Source: Promethearchaeota archaeon (GTDB taxonomy: Archaea > Asgardarchaeota > Lokiarchaeia > Sigyniarchaeales > SOKP01). Taken from it: DNA of 12,046 bases. Of this stretch, positions 1 to 8,137 are shown piece by piece (positions within the stretch are counted from its first letter, which is position 1; each line of letters starts with the position of its first letter). Under the pieces are notes generated by a model. That model saw nothing but the letters and a program-made list of their open reading frames with translations. It was not told the origin of the DNA and ran no database searches. Made by a program: the position numbers and the translations under genes. Location: NCBI GenBank assembly GCA_048938445.1, contig JBHLME010000135.1, forward strand, positions 1 to 12,046. Reading direction: 5' to 3'.

Positions 1-368
1 AGTGCTTGTATACCAATATCAGTTGTTCCACCGTCTCCAGCAAATACGAGAGTAATCATTTCTTCCCAAACTTGACCCGGGAATCTATAGGCTTTAGCCT
101 TAAAAGCTTCAGAAATTCCTGTAGCCGCTGAAGCACCAGCTGCAAAAGCCATATTCGTAAATGGAAAATTTGGCGCGGTTTTAGGCCATAATCCAATTAC
201 AACATTTAAACAAGATGCTGGTGTTACAAGTGCGGTATTAGGACCTAAGGCTTTTATGGCCCATCTTAATGCGATTTCTAATCCACATCCAGAACAGCAA
301 GAATTTCCTGGTAAAAACCATTCTTTACAAGCAATATCATCTTCTAATACTTGTTTTATTGTAACCAT
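1..368 (-). CDS. porB: 2-oxoacid (pyruvate/2-ketoisovalerate):ferredoxin oxidoreductase beta subunit, N-terminal part; runs off the window edge
   Basis: Not in the ORF track; translated by hand. ATG at 368-366, 1 nt after the porA stop. It reads MVTIKQVLEDDIACKEWFLPGNSCCSGCGLEIALRWAIKALGPNTALVTPASCLNVV...LVFAGDGGTTDIGIQA, with the CxGC and SC Fe-S ligand cysteines and the GDG TPP-binding motif. Confidence 0.93.
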   Translation of the reverse strand, partial: MVTIKQVLEDDIACKEWFLPGNSCCSGCGLEIALRWAIKALGPNTALVTPASCLNVVIGLWPKTAPNFPFTNMAFAAGASAATGISEAFKAKAYRFPGQVWEEMITLVFAGDGGTTDIGIQA

Positions 369-369
369 T

Positions 370-1626
370 TTATTCAACCTCTAATTTTCCATGCCAGAGA
401 GTTCCATGTAATAAATCTTCTGGTAATTCTCCAGTTTCATTCATTTTTATTAATATCTTTAATTGTTCTTTTTGTTGTTCTACAGTAACCTCTCTGCCTC
501 CTAAACCACCCATCATTGGAAGTACAATCGCAGTTTTTTCAGTACCATGAAGTGCTGTTTTTACTTCACTACTCACGGGTCCTCCAGTTGGGCTTCCAAA
601 TGCGGTAGCACGATCCATTACTCCAAGAATTTTAACTTTTTTAGCAACCTCAATAACATCCTCTACAGGAAAGGGTCTAAAATGTCTTAATTTGACCATT
701 CCAACCTTGTAACCCTCTTCTCTTACTTGATCGACTGCTTCTTCCATTTGAAATGCTAAATCTCCATAAATTAGCATTGCTACATCAGCATCATCCAATT
801 TATAGCTTTGAGTTAGACCATTTCCATAACTCCTTCCAAAAGTATTTTCAAATTCTTTTGCGGCGTTTTTTATCTTATCTTTAGCCATAATCATAGTATC
901 GTGGATCTTCATCCTGAATTCAGAATAAAATCCAGATGGCATTATTAAGTTTCCGAACATCATTGGACGCTCTGGATCTACGAAAATATGAGGCCATCCC
1001 TTCTCATCTGGTAGTGGAGGTAAATATTCATCTACAAGTTCTTGATCTTCAATCACAACCGGTTTTGAAGTGTGAGATAAAATAAAACCCCCATAAGCTA
1101 TGAATTTAGGTAATAATACTTCATAATCTTCGCAAACCTTATAGGACATTAATATTTCATCATATATCTCCTGATGAGTAGCAGTAAATGCACTCATCCA
1201 CCCCGTGTCTCTTTGCGATATGACATCTGTAAAATCGGCCCAGATATTCCAAGGGGGTGCTGGACCTCTTGAGGCGATTGCTGTGACAATAGGTAATCTC
1301 GTACCTGCCGCCCAATGAAGCATTTCATTCATGTAAAAGAGTCCTTGCCCCGAAGTTGCCGTAAAAGTTCTTGTTCCAGTCATGCTAGCTCCCACCATTG
1401 ATGCCATTACACTATGTTCACTTTCAACTTTAATATATCGAGTTCCTGGCATCATTCCTAAATCAACAAATTCTGATAATTTTTCAACTACCGTTGTCTG
1501 AGGAGTAATTGGATATGCACTAATTACCTGAACTCTGGCAGATTTAGCTGCATAAGCCGCAGCTACATTACCTTTAATTATTAAATTTTCTTTATTTTGT
1601 ATAAAATCTTGTTTTGCTTTACTCAT
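370..1626 (-). CDS. porA: 2-oxoacid:ferredoxin oxidoreductase alpha subunit
   Basis: Motifs AYPITPQT, VESEHS, TATSGQGL, RDTGW, LRHFRPFP and GLGGRE. The preferred start is the ATG at 1626 (MSKAK), which overlaps the porD stop (ATGAGTAA). The ORF track extends it to 1638. Confidence 0.95.
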   Translation of the reverse strand: MSKAKQDFIQNKENLIIKGNVAAAYAAKSARVQVISAYPITPQTTVVEKLSEFVDLGMMPGTRYIKVESEHSVMASMVGASMTGTRTFTATSGQGLFYMNEMLHWAAGTRLPIVTAIASRGPAPPWNIWADFTDVISQRDTGWMSAFTATHQEIYDEILMSYKVCEDYEVLLPKFIAYGGFILSHTSKPVVIEDQELVDEYLPPLPDEKGWPHIFVDPERPMMFGNLIMPSGFYSEFRMKIHDTMIMAKDKIKNAAKEFENTFGRSYGNGLTQSYKLDDADVAMLIYGDLAFQMEEAVDQVREEGYKVGMVKLRHFRPFPVEDVIEVAKKVKILGVMDRATAFGSPTGGPVSSEVKTALHGTEKTAIVLPMMGGLGGREVTVEQQKEQLKILIKMNETGELPEDLLHGTLWHGKLEVE

Positions 1627-1969
1627 GGGCAAAATCATCCTCCCTTTTCATTTGAATATTCTTTGTAGGGCACTCTTTTGCGCATACTCCACATCCCTTA
1701 CAATATATTAAATCAATATCAAAAGAACCATCTTCATTCTTTATTATTGTCCCTTCTGGGCAATACATCCAACAAATTCCACATTTATTACATCCTTCTT
1801 GATCAATTATGGGTCTAAAAGTTCGCCAATCTCCAGTTGTACCTATTGATCCATCAATTGGCAAGGAAATAGGAATCGGAGGTACTTCCTTCCAATTTTT
1901 ATATTCTTGAACCTTTGGTCTTTTATCTCGAGATTTGTTAATCTTTTTCCATTTTTTTGTATCTGACAT
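1619..1969 (-). CDS. porD: 2-oxoacid:ferredoxin oxidoreductase delta subunit (2x[4Fe-4S] ferredoxin-like)
   Basis: TGDWRTFRP motif followed by CNKCGICWMYCP and CKGCGVCAKECP. TAATG stop/start overlap with porG at 1969. Confidence 0.95.
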   Translation of the reverse strand: MSDTKKWKKINKSRDKRPKVQEYKNWKEVPPIPISLPIDGSIGTTGDWRTFRPIIDQEGCNKCGICWMYCPEGTIIKNEDGSFDIDLIYCKGCGVCAKECPTKNIQMKREDDFAHE

Positions 1970-2550
1970 TATTTGACCTCCTTGACTGACTCATAAGCAT
2001 CTCGTGCAACACTCATGTTTTTTTCAAGTCTATCTTCTCCAAATTCTTTTTTCAAAACTTTTTCCATGATTTCAAGATCATAGTATCCTGTTATCTTTCC
2101 AAAAGCACCTAACATTGGAATGTTGAGAATTGGTCCACTAGAATGCATGAATCCCCTATTTATACAAATTCCCGTAGCATCTACTATGAAAATTCTTATA
2201 TTTTCTGGTAAACCATCATTTTTAATAGGAGTTGGACTATCAGCAATTATTGTTACTCCTTCCTTGACAGTCTCTCTAATTCTTGGAATTTCTAATAATG
2301 ATGTATCGAAGATTAACATGTAATCGGGATCCTTTACGCTATCATAAGTTCTAATTATTTTATTTTTTGACACTTTTGTAAACGCCATGATTGGTGCTCC
2401 ACGACGCTCAGCTCCTATTATTGGAATAGCTATCGTATCTGCAAATCCTTTCTCATAGGCCATTTCAGCTAATAATTGACTTGCAGTAATTGCAGTTTGA
2501 CCACCACGCCCATGAAAAAAAATTTCAATTATTTTTTCCGTTTCTGTCAA
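1969..2550 (-). CDS. porG: 2-oxoacid:ferredoxin oxidoreductase gamma subunit
   Basis: Motifs HGRGGQ, GAERRGAP, VDATGI and NIPMLGAF. TTG start. First gene of the gamma-delta-alpha-beta order. Confidence 0.93.
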   Translation of the reverse strand: MTETEKIIEIFFHGRGGQTAITASQLLAEMAYEKGFADTIAIPIIGAERRGAPIMAFTKVSKNKIIRTYDSVKDPDYMLIFDTSLLEIPRIRETVKEGVTIIADSPTPIKNDGLPENIRIFIVDATGICINRGFMHSSGPILNIPMLGAFGKITGYYDLEIMEKVLKKEFGEDRLEKNMSVARDAYESVKEVK

Positions 2551-2600
2551 TTTTTTCCAACTTTTATTTTTTTAAACTTTTTAAAATCATTACCATTACA

Positions 2601-2634
2601 ACCAATAAAAAAGAAAGAAGTATTTTTTATTGGT
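2601..2634. promoter_or_regulatory. Perfect 12-bp inverted repeat upstream of the por operon (operator or 5'-UTR hairpin)
   Basis: ACCAATAAAAAA (2601-2612), a 10-nt spacer, then TTTTTTATTGGT (2623-2634). It lies 51-84 nt upstream of the porG start. Confidence 0.5.
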
Positions 2635-2684
2635 CGCTTTCATAAAATTACTACTACTACTAATAAAAGTAAAGTAATAAAACT

Positions 2685-2752
2685 TAATATAAAGTTCAAT
2701 TGCAATGATAATTCATTTCTAGCAATTTCCATGGAATTCCAACTTTATATTA
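2685..2752. promoter_or_regulatory. Pair of divergent TATA-box-like elements (por operon and ZPR1)
   Basis: AACTTTATATTA occurs on the minus strand at 2685-2696 and on the plus strand at 2741-2752. Each copy points toward its gene and contains a TTTATAT archaeal TATA-like core. Confidence 0.5.
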
Positions 2753-2870
2753 TAAGTTAAAATTATTTTAATAAGTAATATCTTAATATCTTAAAATTCA
2801 GAAATCTTAAAAATTTTACTATTAAGAATCATAATCATTTATATCAATATTTAATTATTTTATAATAAAC

Positions 2871-3464
2871 ATGTCAGAGAAAGCAAAAGAATCTGAAGAA
2901 AGATTTTCTTTTAAATGTCCTTCATGTAACCAAGGTCTGATTTTAATCAATAAAGTTATTTATGATATAAAAGATGGAGATCAAATGTTGATTCTTAATT
3001 TCGAATGTGATAATTGCGAATTTTCTACAAATGATATAATACCATTATCGACAAACATGAAACCAGGAATTATAATACTTAAAATAAAGAATAGTGAGGA
3101 CCTTAAATCTAAAATCTACCGATCACCAACTGGTAAATTAGAAATTCCAGAATTAGAATTAGTAGTAGATCCTGGTCCAAGAGCAGATTTTTACTTCACC
3201 AACGTAGAAGGTATTTTATTTAGATTTGAAAGTGCTGTGAAGATTTATAAAAATAATCTTGAAGATAATGACCCTCAAGTAAAAGAAATTGAAATAATTT
3301 TAGAGGATTTGAATAATGCAATAAACGGAGATCTTCCATTTACTTTAAAGATAACGGATCTTGCTGGGGGAAGTTATATAATACCTCAGGAGGGAACAGA
3401 ATATTCATTCGAACCTCGGGAGCATGATGATTCTGGTACTGAATATGATATTCAATTTTCATAA
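2871..3464 (+). CDS. Archaeal ZPR1 zinc-finger domain protein
   Basis: C4 finger CPSC...CDNC followed by ZPR1 A/B-domain motifs (IYRSPTGKLEIPELELVVDPGP, TNVEGIL, FTLKITDLAGGSYI). It has a single module, as in archaeal homologues. Confidence 0.9.
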   Translation: MSEKAKESEERFSFKCPSCNQGLILINKVIYDIKDGDQMLILNFECDNCEFSTNDIIPLSTNMKPGIIILKIKNSEDLKSKIYRSPTGKLEIPELELVVDPGPRADFYFTNVEGILFRFESAVKIYKNNLEDNDPQVKEIEIILEDLNNAINGDLPFTLKITDLAGGSYIIPQEGTEYSFEPREHDDSGTEYDIQFS

Positions 3465-3529
3465 CTTATTTAACAGAAACTAACATTAATTATTAATCAG
3501 AATTAATTATTTATATAGAGTGATATCAC

Positions 3530-4708
3530 ATGGTTATTAAAAATGTTGGAATTTTAACTGGTGGTGGCGATTGTCCCGGTCTCAATTCTGTATTGTATGG
3601 AATTATGCTAAAAGCGTTTGATGCGGGGATAGAATGTGTTGGTATCTTAAGAGGTTGGAAAGGCTTCTTGGAGAATGAAACCATAACCCTTAATATTGCT
3701 GAACATGATGATCTACATACAATTGGTGGTACGTTTTTATACACGAGTAGGACAAATCCATTTAAGGATGTTAGTAAAGCTAAAACTGAAGAGGAAAAAG
3801 AAAAAATTCGTGAAAAAGTAGCAAGAGAAATGGCTGTTAAGTTTGATCAGCTTGGTATAGATGCTTTAATTGTTATTGGAGGGGATGATACAAATGGGGT
3901 CGCCAATGCAATGCATAAATATACCGGAGCTAAAGTAGTAGGCTGTCCAAAGACAATTGATAATGATTTAGCCGGTACGGAATATACTTTTGGATTCTGG
4001 AGTGGTGCCCAACTAGCATCAAATGCTATGGATAATCTCACGACAACTGCAAGATCTCATCAAAGAGTCTTTATTGTTGAGATAATGGGGCGTGATGCTG
4101 GTTATTTAACAATGTATAGCGGTATATCATCTGGAGCAGATATAATATTAATACCTGAAACTCCCTTTTCTTTAGAAAAAGATGTTATAGAAGTTTTAAA
4201 AAATAGAGTAAATACTGGACATAAATATCACATTATCGCTTGTTCAGAAGGAGCTTATCCAAATGAACAATCCCTTAAAAATGATTTCAAGACTATTAGT
4301 CAAGAAACTATTGATAAATTACCCAAAGATTCATTTGGAAATCCAGTTTTACCTGCATTAAACATGTCTCAAATAATAGTTAAAGAATTGGGATTGAGAG
4401 TGGATTTAAAAGAAGAATTTTCTAAAAATAATCTTGATTTTGAATGTAGAAGTGTTGTACTTGGTCATACAATGAGAGCTGGCACGCCTAATGCTTTTGA
4501 TCGTATTTTAGGACTAAGGTATGGTCTTGCTGCAATGAAACTTGTGATAAAAGAAGATTTTGGGAAAATGGTCTCTCTTCAAGGTGACAAAATCGTTTCC
4601 ATACCTCTAGCTGACGGTGCTCGGAAAAAATATATTGAAAAAAATAGCGATTTGATTGAACTGAGGGATTTGATGGTAAAAGTACGCTATTTATCTAAAC
4701 AGAATTAA
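3530..4708 (+). CDS. pfp: PfkA-family 6-phosphofructokinase, probably pyrophosphate-dependent
   Basis: Motifs TGGGDCPGLN, GGTFLYTSR, IGGDDT, PKTIDND, VEIMGR and LGHTMRAG. SD-like GAGTGA lies upstream. GGDD together with PK is the PPi-type signature. Confidence 0.88.
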   Translation: MVIKNVGILTGGGDCPGLNSVLYGIMLKAFDAGIECVGILRGWKGFLENETITLNIAEHDDLHTIGGTFLYTSRTNPFKDVSKAKTEEEKEKIREKVAREMAVKFDQLGIDALIVIGGDDTNGVANAMHKYTGAKVVGCPKTIDNDLAGTEYTFGFWSGAQLASNAMDNLTTTARSHQRVFIVEIMGRDAGYLTMYSGISSGADIILIPETPFSLEKDVIEVLKNRVNTGHKYHIIACSEGAYPNEQSLKNDFKTISQETIDKLPKDSFGNPVLPALNMSQIIVKELGLRVDLKEEFSKNNLDFECRSVVLGHTMRAGTPNAFDRILGLRYGLAAMKLVIKEDFGKMVSLQGDKIVSIPLADGARKKYIEKNSDLIELRDLMVKVRYLSKQN

Positions 4709-4719
4709 AATTGCTTCAA

Positions 4720-4755
4720 TTTTTTCTTTAAATCACATTTACTTATTTTTTTTTT
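4720..4755 (+). terminator. T-tract archaeal-type terminator downstream of the PFK gene
   Basis: TTTTTTCTTT and a long T run in the 50-bp gap between the convergent PFK and acyl-CoA dehydrogenase genes. Confidence 0.45.
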
Positions 4756-4758
4756 AAC

Positions 4759-5997
4759 TTAACCAAAGTGTTTTTCTTCTTCAGCGTCAGCATCTATTGC
4801 ATCTTTTTCTACATCCCGTCCAAGCCATTTTTCACTCAAAATTTCCTTATAATATTCATGCTGAATTATTAAAGACATAATCTCTGATGTTCCCGTCCAT
4901 ATCATCGATAACCTCGCATCTCTCAATAAGCGCTCAATAGGATAAACTGTGGTGTATCCAATTCCTCCCATGATCTGCATTGAATTATTGATAACCTTCC
5001 AACAAGCTTCAGTTGCAAACTTTTTTGATTCAGATACCATTCTTCTTTGTAATTCAGGAGGTGCACCTGCATCTATCGTTTTTGCAGTATTATACACCAA
5101 AGCTCTCGCGGCGTCTAATAAAGTGATACTATCTGAAATAGTAAAGTTCACTGCTTGAAAATTCTTTATAACCTGTCCAAAAGCTTTTCTCTTTGTACTA
5201 TATTTTGTAGCAATTCTCAGACAAGCTCGAGCAGTTCCAAGGATTCCTGCGGCGCTGGTCATTCGTTCCGGAACCATCATTTGATAAAAAATTTGTCCTC
5301 CGGCACCCTCTTTTAAAATGATGTTTTTTTGTGGAACCCTAGCATCATTAAATTTTAATCTTCCCGCACCCCCTCCGCGAGTTCCCATCAAACCATATAT
5401 GTACTCCGCTTTTACATTTTCGGTTTTATCAACAATAAATAAACTTATAGACTCATGCGCTTTAGCATTAGGATTTGTCTTTGCATAAACCAAGAAAAAA
5501 TCTGCCCCTTCAGCACCTACAACAAAACGTTTTTCTCCATTCAAGATATAATTATCGCCATCTTTTATAGCCGTTGTAGTAGCACCAAAAAAATCAGATC
5601 CACCTCTAGGTTCGGTCAAGGCTTCTGCCGTAAAGATTTTACCTTCACACATGGGTTTGAGATATCTCTCCTTCTGATCTTCAGTACCAAACATGTTGAG
5701 GGCTTCACCACAAATACTAGGTAAACTAAATAGGCATCCTAAAGACATACCTAAAACACCTATTTCTTCAAGCGCTATGACTTCACTTTCCCAATTCAAT
5801 CCTCTCCCTCCATATTTCTTTGGAAATCGGAGCCCTATTAAATTATTTTTTGCTAAAGAAACAACATATTCTTTAGGATATTGAATCTCATCTTTATCCA
5901 TTTGTTTTAATAGTGAATGAGGCACCTCATTCTTTACAAACGCTCGAACTTCTGCTTTTAGTTTTTTATTTTCATCATTTAAAATATAATCAAACAT
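4759..5997 (-). CDS. Acyl-CoA dehydrogenase
   Basis: Motifs [51 protein letters not shown] and GTSEI. Confidence 0.95.
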   Translation of the reverse strand: MFDYILNDENKKLKAEVRAFVKNEVPHSLLKQMDKDEIQYPKEYVVSLAKNNLIGLRFPKKYGGRGLNWESEVIALEEIGVLGMSLGCLFSLPSICGEALNMFGTEDQKERYLKPMCEGKIFTAEALTEPRGGSDFFGATTTAIKDGDNYILNGEKRFVVGAEGADFFLVYAKTNPNAKAHESISLFIVDKTENVKAEYIYGLMGTRGGGAGRLKFNDARVPQKNIILKEGAGGQIFYQMMVPERMTSAAGILGTARACLRIATKYSTKRKAFGQVIKNFQAVNFTISDSITLLDAARALVYNTAKTIDAGAPPELQRRMVSESKKFATEACWKVINNSMQIMGGIGYTTVYPIERLLRDARLSMIWTGTSEIMSLIIQHEYYKEILSEKWLGRDVEKDAIDADAEEEKHFG

Positions 5998-6498
5998 GAT
6001 TAGTTCAATTTTAATAAAAATATGTTGAAGTATAATAAATAAATCATTTATTTTATTAAAATTTTAAATAAATAAGATGTTTATAGAGGATTAAATTTAA
6101 TAATTATCAGTGTGAGATTTTTCTTACAACAAAGTTAAAATTTAAAAATACTAAGTCTATTATCTTGTTTTTTCAATATATAAAAAAATGTATCCAAATG
6201 AAATGGAATAATCTTTTATTATTAGTTGTGAATCCGAAATATAATTGGCTGAAACTAGTAAAAAAAAATCCTTTTTATAGTCTTAAGGTTTTAAGAACGT
6301 TGTATTCCTTAGTTTTTTAAATATTCGAAATTAAAGGGGAAATTTCAATAATAAGAGAAAATTATTAAAAAATTTTTTAAGTCTAGAGGGATGAAATACA
6401 TTAGTGATTCTAGAAGAATTTTCGAAAAACTCGAGCTTACTTCTTATGGATATTAAGGATCCTATAATTGCAATTAATAATGGATGAACGAGGTAAAT

Positions 6499-7986
6499 AT
6501 GACAGTAATAACTACAGCAAAAGAGATTTTTGATAGGAGTATTGAACATCAGCGTTTTTATTGGAAAAAAATCTTATTAGTTAAACCAAATTATAGATCT
6601 AATGGGTGGGATTATTATAATTTGGATTTTCCTCCTATAAATTTGACATATATAGCAAGTTATTTATCCGATTTAGATGTTCAAATTGAAATTTTAGATA
6701 CAAAAGTTAATAATATGAATTCCAAGCAAATAAGGAAGAAAATAAAAAAATTTAAACCTGATCTCGTTGGAATTACTGTATTTGTTTCGGCAGCATTAAA
6801 GGCGAGTGAAAATATTGCGGTAATTGTAAAAGAATTAGATCCTAATTGTAAAGTAGTTTGTGGGGGGAGGCATCCAACTTTTGAACCTGATGAAATGTTA
6901 AAATTGAACGAATTTGATTATATCGTGAGAGGAGAAGGAGAATTAACATTTAGGGAACTAATAATTAATGGATCACCAAAAGGTATACAGGGGATTTCAT
7001 ATAAATCCAATGGAAAAATAATTCATAATCCAGACCGACCTTTAATTAAAGACTCAGAAAGAGTTAGATTACCTGCAAGACATCTCACTAAGAATAATAA
7101 ATATAAAATTCTCTCAGTTAGATTGGAAACAATAGAAACTTCACGAGGATGCCCATATACTTGTAAATTTTGTACAACCCATATTTTTAACAATGGTTTG
7201 TGGAGACCTCGACCTGTTGATAATATAATTACCGAATTGAAGTTAATTTCGCATAATAGGAAGATTAGCGACATCTTCTTTGTTGATGATAATCTGACCG
7301 CTAACACCAAACGTATTGAACAACTTTGCGATAAAATAGTTGAATGTAAAAAGAAAAGAGAAATCAGTGATTTCAAGTTTTTTGCTCAAATACGAGTTGA
7401 TTCAATCGTAAAATCACCTCAAATGGTAAAAAAAATGGCAGATGCTGGTTTCTGGATAATATTCATTGGTATTGAAAGTGTTAACGAAGAATCGCTTAAA
7501 GATATGAGAAAAGGATTCTCGTTTAATAAAGTACTGAAAGCATTAAAGATATTACACCAAAATAACATTATTGTCATTGGCAATTTAATTTTAGGTGTAG
7601 ATTTAAATTCAACCGAAGAAGAAATAAAAAAAGAAATTCAATTCATAAAAACCATTGATGTTGACATTGTAAGTTATGTAATTCTAACGCCATTTCCAGG
7701 GAGCGATACTTTAAAAGAATTAGAAACAGAAGGATTAGTAATTTCAAAGGACTGGTCCAAATATACAGTATTTGAACCTGTCATTAAAACTCGTCAATTA
7801 AGCTCAAAAAAATTGTATGAATTATTATATTATTCGTTTAGGGAGCTGAAATATATTAATAGACCTAAATCAATAATAAAAAAAATCATTAAAACTCATG
7901 GATTATTGTTCATTTTGAATCCAAAAAGAATCCTCTCATTTATAAATTCTTATCTTAAAGTAAGAGCATTATTTAAAGAATTTTAA
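6499..7986 (+). CDS. Cobalamin (B12)-binding radical SAM enzyme (class B type)
   Basis: N-terminal B12-binding region (PPINLTYIASYL, PDLVGI, GGRHPT, VRGEGE), then ETSRGCPYTCKFC (CxxxCxxC), DDN, GIES and TPFPGS. The ATG at 6499 is preceded by GAGGT, so it is preferred over the ORF-track start at 6484. Confidence 0.92.
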   Translation: MTVITTAKEIFDRSIEHQRFYWKKILLVKPNYRSNGWDYYNLDFPPINLTYIASYLSDLDVQIEILDTKVNNMNSKQIRKKIKKFKPDLVGITVFVSAALKASENIAVIVKELDPNCKVVCGGRHPTFEPDEMLKLNEFDYIVRGEGELTFRELIINGSPKGIQGISYKSNGKIIHNPDRPLIKDSERVRLPARHLTKNNKYKILSVRLETIETSRGCPYTCKFCTTHIFNNGLWRPRPVDNIITELKLISHNRKISDIFFVDDNLTANTKRIEQLCDKIVECKKKREISDFKFFAQIRVDSIVKSPQMVKKMADAGFWIIFIGIESVNEESLKDMRKGFSFNKVLKALKILHQNNIIVIGNLILGVDLNSTEEEIKKEIQFIKTIDVDIVSYVILTPFPGSDTLKELETEGLVISKDWSKYTVFEPVIKTRQLSSKKLYELLYYSFRELKYINRPKSIIKKIIKTHGLLFILNPKRILSFINSYLKVRALFKEF

Positions 7987-8004
7987 TTTTTTTAATCTTT
8001 TTTT
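7987..8004 (+). terminator. T-tract terminator
   Basis: TTTTTTT-AATC-TTTTTTT immediately after the radical SAM stop codon. Confidence 0.45.
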
Positions 8005-8137
8005 GTATTATTCTTATATATTCTAAAAGTTTTTTAGATATATAGAAAAAAACTTAATGTTTATTTCATACAGATAATAATCATTTTAAAAATGATTAAA
8101 CAGAACTTATTAGATTCCCTTTCTTTTATTTTTATTA

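Noticed and set aside
2650-2663. Short (ACT)n trinucleotide repeat
   Set aside because: Only about four units, too short to call a functional or phase-variable repeat.
2120-2760. Plus-strand ORFs 2120-2323 and 2476-2760
   Set aside because: They are antisense to porG or span the promoter, have low-complexity translations and show no motifs.
3526-4041. Minus-strand ORFs 3526-3744 and 3847-4041
   Set aside because: Antisense shadows of the PFK gene.
4949-5884. Plus-strand ORFs 4949-5158, 5455-5724 and 5693-5884
   Set aside because: Antisense shadows of the acyl-CoA dehydrogenase.
6037-6053. AAATAAAT-C-ATTTATTT dyad upstream of the acyl-CoA dehydrogenase as a TetR-like operator
   Set aside because: Its 8-bp arms are purely A/T in a very AT-rich region, so it is likely by chance. 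No regulator gene is in the window.
6382-6463. XbaI/XhoI/BamHI sites suggesting vector polylinker contamination
   Set aside because: The sites are separated by native-looking AT-rich sequence and there are no vector features nearby.
6335-6496. Plus-strand frame interrupted by two TGA codons (...LSLEG*NTLVILEEF...MDIKDPIIAINNG*), considered as a selenoprotein or PAS remnant
   Set aside because: It has no convincing start, no Cys/Sec-type motif context and no SECIS-like hairpin that I could see. The PAS resemblance is too short to support.
5998-6498. Cobalamin or SAM riboswitch upstream of the B12 radical SAM gene
   Set aside because: No B12-box or SAM-I consensus, and the region is too AT-rich for the needed stems.
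6331-7376. Minus-strand ORFs 6331-6549 and 7023-7376
   Set aside because: They overlap the radical SAM gene antisense and have no recognisable features.
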